From Candidatus Latescibacterota bacterium (GTDB lineage Bacteria > Latescibacterota > UBA2968 > UBA8231), in assembly GCA_965217585.1 (NCBI GenBank), contig OZ244561.1, positions 3,712,001 to 3,776,000 of the forward strand: a stretch of 64,000 nucleotides of DNA, in the 5' to 3' direction. Under the pieces are notes generated by a model, which was not told the DNA's origin, searched no databases, and saw only the letters and a list, made by a program, of their open reading frames with translations. The position numbers were made by a program, and so were the translations under genes. Of this stretch, positions 1 through 9,872 are shown piece by piece. Numbering within the stretch: position 1 is the first letter of the stretch; each line of letters opens with the position of its first letter.

Positions 1-2
1 GG

Positions 3-1034
3 CCGCCGAGACCAGGCCCGCTGAGCGTACTGACGCCCGAAGAGGGGGCCTATATCGATTTGGCGGTCGTCGGAGATCGGGGGTATGTGGCGACTGAAGG
101 GGGCTTGGCGGTCGTGGATTTGCGCGATCCTACCAAGCCTGAGCTACTAGCCACCGTGGAGGCACCGCTGTGGTCAATGCGCCGGGTCGCGGTCGTGGAT
201 TCGCTGGCCTATCTCCTCGGCCAGCGCAAGGGCTTGCCCGCCGACAGCCTCGGCATCGCCGTCTTCAGCGTCGGCAACCCGGGCCACCCGGTCTTCAAAG
301 GGTACCGGATAATCGGCGACGGTATAGGGGGATTGTGGGACTGGGATCGGTGCGGTGCGGGGCTGATCCTCAGCGGGCGTTGGGGCGACAAGTTGGGATT
401 AGTGTCGTTTGCGCTAGATGCGGAAGGGCTGCCAGCACGGGCTGATGAACTGGTCGTCGAAGAGCTACCAGAAGACTATAAGAATGACTTCAGAGGCTGG
501 TGGAATCGCAAACTGTCCATGCACATACGCAACGAGCGGATATGGGTAGGATACAGGGACGGTTTCCTCGCGGTGGATGCCCGGAATCTAAGGGCGCTGC
601 AAGAGACTGTGCGAGTGGAGATGGGCGACTACAATAGTGAGTACGACTCGCACAAGAGCCGTACGCTAACCCGCGAGGGCAACACGCTCTACGTCCAACG
701 GTACTGGCCCGGAAACTTGGTAGCCTTCGACATCACCGATCCGAATAGGCCACGTGAGATCGGGTACTGGTTTTTTGATGCTAAGAATACGATAAAAATA
801 ATCGACGACTGGGTGTACAGCACGGCAGGGAATGGGTTATTTGTCGATCGGTTGACCGATTATCACGCCTACGAGGACATGGGCTATTGGCAAGTGCCCG
901 ACGAACTACAGTCTTTCTCTTCTTTCGCTTATGGGTGGAGACGGCTCCATTTCGTCCGCGGCCATTTCTACACCCTGATCGGGCGTTCGCTCATGGTGTT
1001 CCCGCTGGAGCAGGCCAAAGGAGGCCGGCTATGA
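3..1034 (+). CDS. LVIVD-repeat beta-propeller protein (5'-partial; probable C-terminal part of an ABC-permease/LVIVD fusion)
   Basis: Frame is open from the window start. It has LVIVD-like repeats (GLAVVDLRDP, LVAFDITDP) and close similarity to the C-terminal half of the next gene (DSLAYLLGQRKGLPADSL vs DSLAYIVGWRKGLPSDSL). Confidence 0.75.
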   Translation, partial: PPRPGPLSVLTPEEGAYIDLAVVGDRGYVATEGGLAVVDLRDPTKPELLATVEAPLWSMRRVAVVDSLAYLLGQRKGLPADSLGIAVFSVGNPGHPVFKGYRIIGDGIGGLWDWDRCGAGLILSGRWGDKLGLVSFALDAEGLPARADELVVEELPEDYKNDFRGWWNRKLSMHIRNERIWVGYRDGFLAVDARNLRALQETVRVEMGDYNSEYDSHKSRTLTREGNTLYVQRYWPGNLVAFDITDPNRPREIGYWFFDAKNTIKIIDDWVYSTAGNGLFVDRLTDYHAYEDMGYWQVPDELQSFSSFAYGWRRLHFVRGHFYTLIGRSLMVFPLEQAKGGRL

Positions 1035-2902
1035 GAGTCTTATACGCGCTGTTGTGGAAAGAGGGTCGCGAAATCCTGCCCAAGGTGCTAGTAATCGTCG
1101 CGCTCGCCGCGCTGGTCTATCTGATGCGGCACAATGCCGATTTCAACCGCATCTATGCAGAAGGATTCGAAATTCTGATTATGGGTGGCCTAGTGATGAT
1201 GGCGATGGGGGCTGTGGACGCCGTCGCTCGCGAGCGCAGCACTGGCACCCTATCCTTCCTCCTAGACAAGCCGGTGGCGGGCGCGACGGTGCTGGCCGTC
1301 AAGTTTTTGGTGGGACTTGGCGGGCTGCTGTTGGTTGCGCTAGCGGCTTGGGCGACGATATATCTGGATCTGGCCGATCTCGAAGTGGGTAGCGAGTGGC
1401 GGGCATCTCAACTGGTCACCGTGCAGAGTATCGACTATGCCTCAATGGTCGCTCTGTCGTTTACTCAATTCTCGCTGCTCTACGCCTTGATTTTTATCGG
1501 CTCGGTGGTGGCGGATCATCCCTTCAAGGGAGCCGCCGTGGGTATTGCGTTGGCTGTAGTGTTGGGGGGGTTCCTCACAGGCCCGGCGACAGCTCTTTTC
1601 CCGCTTCTCAATCGCTACCCACTCGTCGCAATCGACTTGGATAATCAAGGGCATTTGGTGCGCTTGGCGACGGACGCGGCTCGGTTTTGGGTGAAGGTCT
1701 TGGCTAGCCTAGGCTTAACAGCGGCGGCCTTGGTAGTGGCAGCGGTGCTTTTGCGCCGCTATCGCGAGGCAATTCTCTCGTGGCGCACAGTGGCGATAGG
1801 GTGGGGTGTGGCCCTTGCCGCCATCTTTGCCGTCGCCTATGTCGAGCTCCCTTGGGACAACCAGCGAATGCCTACTGGGATATTAGAGCGCCCCGCTGAT
1901 GGGGCCTATATGGATCTCGCCATCCATGGGGAGTTCGCCTATATGACCACTGGAGAAAGCAGTATCGCCATCGCCGACCTGAGCGATCCACAGCAAATGC
2001 GCCTGCTCGGCAGCACTGCATCCAAGGACTATGTATTGAGCAGTCACGGGCTACCATCGAGCGAAATATGCGTAATCGATTCGCTGGCCTACATCGTCGG
2101 ATGGCGCAAAGGGCTGCCCAGCGACAGCCTCATGGTGACGGTCTTCGACGTCAGCGATCCGACCGCGCCTACGCTCAAGGGCCACCTCATGTTCGCCGCC
2201 GTCAAAAAGGCGAAGAGGCACTACCAGTACTGGGGGGCCACGGACGGCGGATTGCTCTTGGTCTGTGAGCGGGGCGACGTCGTGATCGCCGAGGCTTTTG
2301 CCCTCGACGCCGAGGGAATGCCGGTGGTGGGCGATGAACAGGAGCTCATGCCCATGCCCATTTTCGACTCCGTATGGGAGCGCCGGTGCCACGTACGGGT
2401 GCGCGGAAGTCGTGCCTACATTGGAACTGAGCGTGAATTGGTGGTCCTCGATGTGGCCGACGCACACGCGTTGCGCGAGATCGGGCGGCATACGCTAGAG
2501 TCCTTTCGGCCTTGGTCTTACTACGATTCTAGGCTGGTAGCTATCGATGGCGACAGGCTTTATGTCGAGCGCTTTTGGCCGCACGAGTTAGTCGAGTTCG
2601 ATATCACCGATCCCGACTCATTGCGCGAAGTAGGATACCTGCCGTTGTCTCGGAACGATAGGCTGGAACTTGGGCAGTTGCTGATTGCCAATGGAGTAGC
2701 CTACGGCCTAGTAGGCCATTCAGACGTCAAGATGAGAGCGTGGACTATAGCTGGATACGGGGCACTGATCGAGGGAGATCCCTTGATTGTACCCGAAGAA
2801 CCCGATAGGGATCACTATTGGGGTTTCAACGCCATATACGTAGCCAATGGGTATCTTTACGCGACGAGGCGCGGTGCGCTGCTGGCGTACCGTTTGGACT
2901 AG
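1031..2902 (+). CDS. ABC-2 type permease fused to C-terminal LVIVD-repeat propeller
   Basis: ATG overlaps the upstream TGA, with GGAGG upstream. N-terminus has ALLWKE.RE and the RERSTGTLSFLLDKPV...KFLVG permease motif, ~7 TM segments, then LVIVD repeats. Confidence 0.8.
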   Translation: MRVLYALLWKEGREILPKVLVIVALAALVYLMRHNADFNRIYAEGFEILIMGGLVMMAMGAVDAVARERSTGTLSFLLDKPVAGATVLAVKFLVGLGGLLLVALAAWATIYLDLADLEVGSEWRASQLVTVQSIDYASMVALSFTQFSLLYALIFIGSVVADHPFKGAAVGIALAVVLGGFLTGPATALFPLLNRYPLVAIDLDNQGHLVRLATDAARFWVKVLASLGLTAAALVVAAVLLRRYREAILSWRTVAIGWGVALAAIFAVAYVELPWDNQRMPTGILERPADGAYMDLAIHGEFAYMTTGESSIAIADLSDPQQMRLLGSTASKDYVLSSHGLPSSEICVIDSLAYIVGWRKGLPSDSLMVTVFDVSDPTAPTLKGHLMFAAVKKAKRHYQYWGATDGGLLLVCERGDVVIAEAFALDAEGMPVVGDEQELMPMPIFDSVWERRCHVRVRGSRAYIGTERELVVLDVADAHALREIGRHTLESFRPWSYYDSRLVAIDGDRLYVERFWPHELVEFDITDPDSLREVGYLPLSRNDRLELGQLLIANGVAYGLVGHSDVKMRAWTIAGYGALIEGDPLIVPEEPDRDHYWGFNAIYVANGYLYATRRGALLAYRLD

Positions 2903-2975
2903 GGGCAAGACTAAGGGAGGCCGTGGGACGATGGAGTTCCTATTTCAAGAAGGTTTTCAACCAAGGAGAAGTCTG

Positions 2976-5021
2976 ATGATCTCATACCGTGTCATCCTCG
3001 TCGCCCTGCTCAGCACAGCGAGCGTGGGGCTGGCCCAAGCACCACGCGCCGCGACCATCACGGGGAAGATACACAATCCCCCAGCGCGGGAAATTGAGTT
3101 TGGCTACCAGTCTTCACTGTCGCCAACAAGGTCTGAACGCCTCGTCGTGCTGGACAGCGAAAACCGCTTCGCCCTCACCTTTCCGGTTCCCCGAGGAACG
3201 CTCGTCATCGGACGCTACAAAGACCCACAACCCCCCAAGTGGAAATGGCTGGAGGGGCTGCGATCTTTCGTCTTTGGGCCGCGCGCTCAGTTGATCCTTT
3301 TTGTCGAACCTGGGGACAGTCTGCACATCGAGATGAATGAAGGCCATTTCTCCTCCTCCCTAGAGTTCAGCGGCCAAGGCGCGGACAACAACCGCTTCAT
3401 AGCCGAGATTTTGCCCGACTACTTCGCCTTTCGCCTCGACTACGAAGGGCTGGCGTTGGAAGATTTCATTCGCCAAATGGAGCAGCGGCGGCAGGATGAG
3501 TTTGAGTGGCTCGCCAAGGGGCGTGAGAAGTACGCGCTTTCTGCGGGGTTTATCGATTATGCGACAGCTCGCTTCAACTACGAGTGGGCCAATGGGATGA
3601 TTTCCTACCCGACGGAGTACAGATTTGCCAACGGACGCGACAACAGAGACATCACCCCGGAGTACTACGACTTTCTACAAGACATTCCCTTGGTCGATGA
3701 AAAGGCCATTGGCACGGGCGAATATAGCACATTTCTGGAGCGCACCTTGGACCGGGAGTCAGGCAAGGAGAAACCTAAACCCCTCACGCTATCCGATATG
3801 TACGATTTTTCGGGTTTGGAATTGTCGGACGCCGCACAGACCCAGCTCGACTCTCTATACGAAAAGGATGGCCGAAAACCCAGCCTGTCGAAAATGGTTG
3901 ATTTGTCGGCGTTGGGTTTGTCCGATTCGGAGCAGACCCAGCTCGACTCCCTGTACGCAAGTCGCCGATCACTCAAGCTGTCCGAAATATTCGATTTGTC
4001 GAAATTCGAGCTATCGGACGTCGCTCAAGCCCAGATCGACGCCTTCTACCAGCGATCGGATCAATCCTTTGGCATTACCCGTTCAAGCAAGTACGACTCG
4101 CCTAGCATTGATACGCTGGGCACGAGAGTGGTGTTTCACCTGCCAATGGAAGAAGAGCTTGAGGGTGTGGGCAGACCACCTAAGCTATCTGAGCTATTCG
4201 AGTGGTCGGAGTTGAGTCTATCGGCCGCTGCCGTGGCTCAGCTCGACTCCCTGTACGAACATCGCCGCTCGCTCAAGCTATCCGAGAAACTCGACCTAGC
4301 GGAATTAGGTCTGTCGGAAGCGGCGCAAGCCTAGCTCGACTCCATCTATGCCGCGCCTTGGATGAGGAGGATTAGTTTTGGTGGGAAACGATACGATCTA
4401 GCTAAGCAAAAACTGGCCGGGAGAGTGCTCTATTGGTTTCTGGCCGGCGAGCTAATTAATGGGTTTGAGCGCGGCCACACAGACTTTGCATTAGTCAATG
4501 AAAGGTGGGAGAAATTCAAAGAAACCAATCCCTACCCAGAGTACAACGAGGCCATCGAGGCGGCGTTGGCCAAGTCGCTGGTTCTACAACCGGGGCAACC
4601 CGCGCCCGACTTCACCCTCGACGACCTCGACGATCAGCCGGTATCGCTGAACCAATTCAAAGGGAAAGCGGTGTTTATTGATTTCTGGGCGAGTTGGTGC
4701 GGGCCGTGCATCGGTGATCTGCCCTATATACAGAAAATCAAGGAAGAGATGGCCGAGCAGCCGGTCGTCTTCCTCAACATCTCGTTGGACGACGATGAGG
4801 AAGCCTGGAGAGAGGCGGTTGCCAAACACGAGATCAAAGGCGTTCATCTGCGGGCGGCTGGATGGGGAGCGGAAGTAGCAAAAGCCTATAGCATCCGCAG
4901 TTTGCCTTCGTATTATGTGGTGGATGCACAGGGACGGATCGCAGAACGGCTGCGCGTATTAGACGATACCCAAAAGATCGTCGCCAAAATCGCGGAGAGC
5001 ACCAAAGCAGCGGGCGGCTAA
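2976..5021 (+). pseudogene. Secreted TlpA/ResA-like disulfide reductase interrupted by in-frame TAG (4332-4334)
   Basis: AGGAG RBS and signal peptide. ORFs 2847..4334 and 4362..5021 are in the same frame. C-terminal APDFTL...DFWASWCGPC thioredoxin motif. The TAG sits where sister repeats have CAG. Confidence 0.8.
3789..4349 (+). repeat. Five ~31-aa intragenic repeats (LSxxxDxSxLxLSxxxxxQLDSLY)
   Basis: Visible in the translation and in DNA (recurrent cagctcgactc). Confidence 0.85.
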
Positions 5022-5043
5022 TCGCCAGACTAGCCGAAGTTCA

Positions 5044-5078
5044 AGAAGAGGGGTCGGGATTGCTCCCGGCCTCTTTTT
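5044..5078 (+). terminator. Intrinsic terminator
   Basis: GGGTCGGGA-ttgc-TCCCGGCCT stem followed by a T-run, just after the stop at 5021. Confidence 0.7.
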
Positions 5079-5122
5079 GCGCTATCATCAAAATCTCTCC
5101 CCAACAACGAAAGCCAACGCAC

Positions 5123-5872
5123 ATGACCGCAGCGATATTTGCCGGGCGCACTGCCTTAGTAACGGGCGGCAGTCGCGGCATCGGCCGCGCCATCGTCCGG
5201 ATGCTGGCCGAGCACGGGGCCAGAGTCGCCATCAACTACCAACACAACGCCGAGGCCGCGCAGGAGATCTTGGCGCAGGTCGAGTCATGCGGCACCGAGG
5301 GCATGGCCGTCCAAGCCGACGTGTCACAGCAGGCAGAAGTCGAGCAGATGGTCGCCCAAGTGCGCGCGGCATTCGGACCGGTCGAACTGCTGGTCAACAA
5401 CGCCGGGATCGCCTATACCCAAGAGCACGGCGAGTTCGGCTTTGCCGAGTGGGAAAGGATGTTCGCGGTCAATGTCCACGGGCCGTTTTTGACCACCTGG
5501 GCCGTCAAGGACGAGATGATCGCGCGGCGCTTTGGGCGGATCGTCAATATCTCCTCGCTGGCCGCTTGGCTCCTCAAGCCGAACATGATCCACTACGCCA
5601 CGACGAAGGCGGCCGTCATCGCCTTCACCCGGCAGTGCGCCCAGGCGCTTGCCGAGCACAACGTGCGGATCAACTGCCTAGCGCCGGGGCTGACGGATAC
5701 CGATCTGGCGCGCTCGGCCAACCCCGGACAAGTCGCCGAGCTAATCGCTAGCACTCCGATGGGACGGATGGCCGATCCAGCCGAGATGGCGTCGGTGGTC
5801 CGCTTTTTATTGTCCGAAGAGTCCAGTTTTATCACCGGACAGACGATTACCGCCTGCGGCGGACGGTCGTAG
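5123..5872 (+). CDS. SDR family oxidoreductase (FabG-like)
   Basis: TGGSRGIG, NNAG and YATTK motifs. Confidence 0.9.
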   Translation: MTAAIFAGRTALVTGGSRGIGRAIVRMLAEHGARVAINYQHNAEAAQEILAQVESCGTEGMAVQADVSQQAEVEQMVAQVRAAFGPVELLVNNAGIAYTQEHGEFGFAEWERMFAVNVHGPFLTTWAVKDEMIARRFGRIVNISSLAAWLLKPNMIHYATTKAAVIAFTRQCAQALAEHNVRINCLAPGLTDTDLARSANPGQVAELIASTPMGRMADPAEMASVVRFLLSEESSFITGQTITACGGRS

Positions 5873-5883
5873 GGAGGAAGGCT

Positions 5884-7254
5884 ATGGCGATGCACGACGA
5901 AATATACGCGGCCTACGGGGCGGTGCGCCCCCGGTCACAGGAGTATTTTGCCCGCGCCTGCAAGGCGCTCGGCGGCAAGGCTGGACACGACTTGCGCTAC
6001 TCGACGCCGATGCCGCTCTATATCGAGCGGGGAGCCGGCGGCCGCAAGTGGGATGTCGATGGCAACGAGTATATCGACTTCCTGCTCGGCAACGGGGCCC
6101 TGCTTTTGGGGCACGCGCCCGCCGAAGTTGTAGCGGCCATCGCCGAGGCGGTGGGGCGCGGGACGCACTTTGGCAATGACCATCCACTGCACATCGAGTG
6201 GGCCGAGCGGATACAGGCGCTGGTCCCCTCAGCCGAGCGCGTGCGCTTAGTCAATTCGGGGACGGAGGCGACCCTGCTGGCGCTGCGTTTGGCGCGGGCT
6301 TTTACCGGCCGCCACAGGGTGCTGCGCTTTGCCGGCCACTTCCACGGGTGGCACGACGACGTGATGCGCGGCGTGCAGCCGCCCTTTGACGCGGACGGTT
6401 CGCTGGGTATCCCGCCACAGGTGCGCGAGCACGTGATCTGCGTACCGGCGGGGGATGCAGACCAAGTCGCCGACGTCCTCGACGCAGAGGGCGATATTGC
6501 GGCGGCTATTATCGAGCCGTCGGGGGGATCGTGGGGCCGAGTGCCCTTGGCAGCGGAGTTTTTGCGCGACCTGCAAACAATAACCAGAGCGCGCGGAGTG
6601 GTGCTGATTTTCGACGAAGTGGTCACTGGCTTTCGCTTCAGCCCAGGCGGTGCGCAAGTGCTCTACGGGCTGCGGCCGGACCTGTCTTGTTTTGCCAAGG
6701 TGGTCGCCGGCGGCATGCCCGGTGGGGCCGTGGTGGGGCGAGCGGACATTATGGCCCTTTTCGATGTGACGGACGATGCCCGTCAGCGAGTGACGCACCA
6801 AGGGACTTTTAATGGAGCACCGCTTTCGGCCGCGGCTGGGATCGCCGTGCTCAAGCGCGTGGCCACGGGCGAGCCGATCGACCAAGCCAACGCCCGCGCC
6901 GCCGAGCTGCGCACCGCCTGGGACGAAGTACTGGAGCGCCGAGGTGTCGCTGGGTATGTGTACGGGGTGTGTTCGACCTTCCACGTCTATTTTGAAACCG
7001 ATCGCCAGCGCGTGCAAAAGGCCCACAGCCGAGCGGATTTACACACGACCGAGGCCGAGCGGCTCAAGGGGATGCCGGGGAAGCTAGTCGAAGAGTACCA
7101 GCGCAATCTGCGCTATTATGGGGTCGATAACATGAGCTCTACCGGCGGAGTACTCTCGTCGGCGCACACGGCCCAGGATGTCGAGGAGGCGACCGAGGTG
7201 TTTGCCCGGACGGTTGAGTCGCTCTTGGCACAACGGCTGATTCTGACGTTGTAG
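5884..7254 (+). CDS. Class III PLP aminotransferase (glutamate-1-semialdehyde aminomutase-like)
   Basis: WDVDGNEYID, NSGTEA, FDEVVTGFR, FAKVVAGG (PLP lysine), HQGTFNG. Confidence 0.88.
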   Translation: MAMHDEIYAAYGAVRPRSQEYFARACKALGGKAGHDLRYSTPMPLYIERGAGGRKWDVDGNEYIDFLLGNGALLLGHAPAEVVAAIAEAVGRGTHFGNDHPLHIEWAERIQALVPSAERVRLVNSGTEATLLALRLARAFTGRHRVLRFAGHFHGWHDDVMRGVQPPFDADGSLGIPPQVREHVICVPAGDADQVADVLDAEGDIAAAIIEPSGGSWGRVPLAAEFLRDLQTITRARGVVLIFDEVVTGFRFSPGGAQVLYGLRPDLSCFAKVVAGGMPGGAVVGRADIMALFDVTDDARQRVTHQGTFNGAPLSAAAGIAVLKRVATGEPIDQANARAAELRTAWDEVLERRGVAGYVYGVCSTFHVYFETDRQRVQKAHSRADLHTTEAERLKGMPGKLVEEYQRNLRYYGVDNMSSTGGVLSSAHTAQDVEEATEVFARTVESLLAQRLILTL

Positions 7255-7343
7255 CGCCGCGGTCTTGCCGTATGGCGCGGTCGCCTGTAGTTTTTACGTT
7301 ACATTCCCTTCACATTCTCATTATTTTTCAGTGAGGTTCGTCT

Positions 7344-8819
7344 ATGGCCGAAGTCGTTCGCCACAACTGCGGTTTGACCGTAGCCCACTCTCTGCACGAT
7401 GCCTACCGCTTTATCCATTCGCTACAGCATCGAGGCCGCGAGGCGGCCGGCATTGCCGCAGTAGGCGACGGCCGCATCGACGTGATCAAGTGGAAGGGAG
7501 GGGTCTCGCGCTTCGACGTAACCGATCTGCACAAAATTTTCCTCAGCCCCAATTACCACACCTACATGGCCCACGTGCGCTACGCCACTCGCGGCTCGAA
7601 GAACAAAATCCTCGAGGAGGCGCATCCGCACGTCATCGGCGGCACGGTCGAACATCGCGACAACCACATCCTGATCTGGGATTGCGATATGGCGGCCGTC
7701 CACAACGGCCAAATTGACCGGGTCTTCTTCCAGGACACGGCTCCCTTGCGTCTGTATTCGAGCTGCGACACGGAGGCCTTGCTCTACCTCTACCGAGAGC
7801 GCGGGGCGAACAATTTTCTCAAGGAAGTGCCCGGTGCCTACACCTTGGCCATCGCCGACAAGCGCGAGCGCGACGTGATCGCAATACGCGATCGCACCGG
7901 GATCAAACCCGGAGTGCTCGGCTGGAAAGATGGCAAGTACGTGATGGCCTCGGAGGACATCGCCTTCCGCAAAAACGGCGGCGAATACGTCGAGGACTTG
8001 GAGCCGGGAGCGATCTACCGTCTCACGCCCGAAGGGAACTACAGCAAGCAAGGCGTGGTCTCGACCGACCTCGCCTATTGCTTTTTTGAGTGGAACTACA
8101 TCACCGATCTCGACTCGATCATCAACGGCGTCAGCGTGCGCCGCATCCGCGAATCGCTAGGGGAGATACTCAGTGAGGAATTTCTGCCGCCCGACGTCGA
8201 TCTGGTTACGTACCTGCCGCGCTGCCCCGAGGTAGCGGCCCGCGCCTACGCCAAGCAGGCGGAATTGCCCTTTGAACCCGTGTTTTACAAGATGCGCGGC
8301 GAGCGCTCGTTCCAAGGTTCGACCGCTGGCGAGCGCAAGGACTCAATTGACCAGAACCTGCACCTTTTGCCCGGGATGGCGCAAAAGCTCAGGGGCAAGA
8401 CCGTGATCCTGATCGACGACAGCATCATCCGCGGCAACAACTCCAAGCGCGCCTGCGATCTGCTCTACGAGGAGGCTGGCGTCGGGCAGGCTTATTTGGT
8501 GAGTTACACGCCGCCGATTGGCATTATCGGCGACGATGGCGTGCCGAGGGGATGCAACTTTGGGGTAGATATGCCGCCGGACCCGCCGCCGGGCGACGAG
8601 TTTATCGCACGTGGGCGCACGGCCGAGGCCATCGGCGAGGCGATGGGGATGCCAGTGATTTACTTGTCGCAGCAGGGGATGCTAGACGCCTTTGCGCGCG
8701 CCGGGTTGCCCGAGCGCGACTTGTGTACGTACTGCATTGGCGGACGCATGCCTTTTGAAGCGGCTGGATCGCTGATCCAAATTGGCGACAGGCCGCAGCT
8801 CGACTTGTGGCGGGCTTGA
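7344..8819 (+). CDS. Amidophosphoribosyltransferase-like protein (divergent PurF family)
   Basis: Short propeptide then CG. Motifs LQHRG, HVRYAT, HNG, CFFE, IDDSIIRG, GCNFGVDM, CTYC. Confidence 0.8.
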   Translation: MAEVVRHNCGLTVAHSLHDAYRFIHSLQHRGREAAGIAAVGDGRIDVIKWKGGVSRFDVTDLHKIFLSPNYHTYMAHVRYATRGSKNKILEEAHPHVIGGTVEHRDNHILIWDCDMAAVHNGQIDRVFFQDTAPLRLYSSCDTEALLYLYRERGANNFLKEVPGAYTLAIADKRERDVIAIRDRTGIKPGVLGWKDGKYVMASEDIAFRKNGGEYVEDLEPGAIYRLTPEGNYSKQGVVSTDLAYCFFEWNYITDLDSIINGVSVRRIRESLGEILSEEFLPPDVDLVTYLPRCPEVAARAYAKQAELPFEPVFYKMRGERSFQGSTAGERKDSIDQNLHLLPGMAQKLRGKTVILIDDSIIRGNNSKRACDLLYEEAGVGQAYLVSYTPPIGIIGDDGVPRGCNFGVDMPPDPPPGDEFIARGRTAEAIGEAMGMPVIYLSQQGMLDAFARAGLPERDLCTYCIGGRMPFEAAGSLIQIGDRPQLDLWRA

Positions 8820-8876
8820 AGGGCTGGTCCTAAAAAACCCAGTATATCCGCTTCATCTTGCTCTAGGCTTGGGCTG

Positions 8877-9791
8877 CTATTCGGCTCTCAGCATTTCGAC
8901 CCAGCTTTCGGGATCGTCAGTCTCAATTCCGGTAAACAACTCCAGCTCTTGCTCCATCCACAAAGTGTCGCCCGGCATCAGTTCGCTCAAAGGGCCGACG
9001 TTTTCGATCTCGCCAAAGCGCGGCTTGCCGTCGAATACTTCAGGCGTGGAGTTGAACATCGTCACCGTGCCGCCGTCTTCGGGGTATTCGGCGTTGGCGA
9101 CATGGGCGACCGTAGATTTGAGCGCATTTCCGTTCCACACAAAGGCGGTCCAACCGGCGTCGCTATTGGTGCCGACCTTGTGCCAGCCGTTTTGCGGCTC
9201 TATCCGATAGTCGAGCGCGAGCGCGCGGGGGCCTAGGTGGATGCCGCTTTCGTTGGGGTCGGTGCTCGGCCAGAACAGCAAGCTGCGGCGGCCCGTGCTG
9301 CGCCAGGGTACGACGCCGACGCCCGCATCGGGGCGGATGACGTTGAGGGCCCAACAGGCGATGCGGCGCTTTGCGGCGCGCATGTTTTTGAAGCCGTGGC
9401 GGATCTGGAGCACGGGCCGCTCGCTGTCGAGCGCGACCTCCATGATGAGTTGTAGGCCCGAGCTGTCGTCCGGGGCGGCGGTGAGGCGCACGGAGCGCGC
9501 GCCGGTCATCTCAGCGGTGGCCGGTTGCAGGGCCGGTAGCCCGGATGCGGGAATCTGCGTCGGCTCGAAGAACCACGAGCGCACGCCGATGTATTCGTAT
9601 TCGCGGGAGACGTGGAGGGGGGTTTCACCGCCTTTGAGGCGGAAGGCGAGGACCCGCGGATAGGGCGCGGCGATGGCAAAAGCCTCGGCGCGGTCGTTTT
9701 CGAGCCAGAAGCCGGCGAAGCCTTCGTACTGGTCGGTTTGGGCGGCTAGGGGCAGGGCGGCTAAGAGTAAAAAACAGCAAGCGATGCGCAT
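8877..9791 (-). CDS. Secreted hypothetical protein (DUF4380/mutarotase-like beta fold)
   Basis: Signal peptide MRIACCFLLLAALPLAAQ. Motifs PRVLAF, AEYPEDG, EIENVGPL. Family call is tentative. Confidence 0.55.
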   Translation of the reverse strand: MRIACCFLLLAALPLAAQTDQYEGFAGFWLENDRAEAFAIAAPYPRVLAFRLKGGETPLHVSREYEYIGVRSWFFEPTQIPASGLPALQPATAEMTGARSVRLTAAPDDSSGLQLIMEVALDSERPVLQIRHGFKNMRAAKRRIACWALNVIRPDAGVGVVPWRSTGRRSLLFWPSTDPNESGIHLGPRALALDYRIEPQNGWHKVGTNSDAGWTAFVWNGNALKSTVAHVANAEYPEDGGTVTMFNSTPEVFDGKPRFGEIENVGPLSELMPGDTLWMEQELELFTGIETDDPESWVEMLRAE

Positions 9792-9872
9792 GGGCGTTGT
9801 CTCCGGTCAATTAATTGTGCATGATAGGCCCTGAGAATTGCACTGTCAAACGCCAATCCGAGGAGTAGAACG

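Noticed and set aside
4332-4334. Pyrrolysine or TAG-recoding explanation for the in-frame stop
   Set aside because: TAG terminates many genes in the window, no pyl genes are seen, and the site is a Gln in sister repeats.
5884-7254. Assigning the gene symbol hemL
   Set aside because: The fold fits but there is no heme-pathway context, and linkage to an SDR suggests a catabolic paralog.
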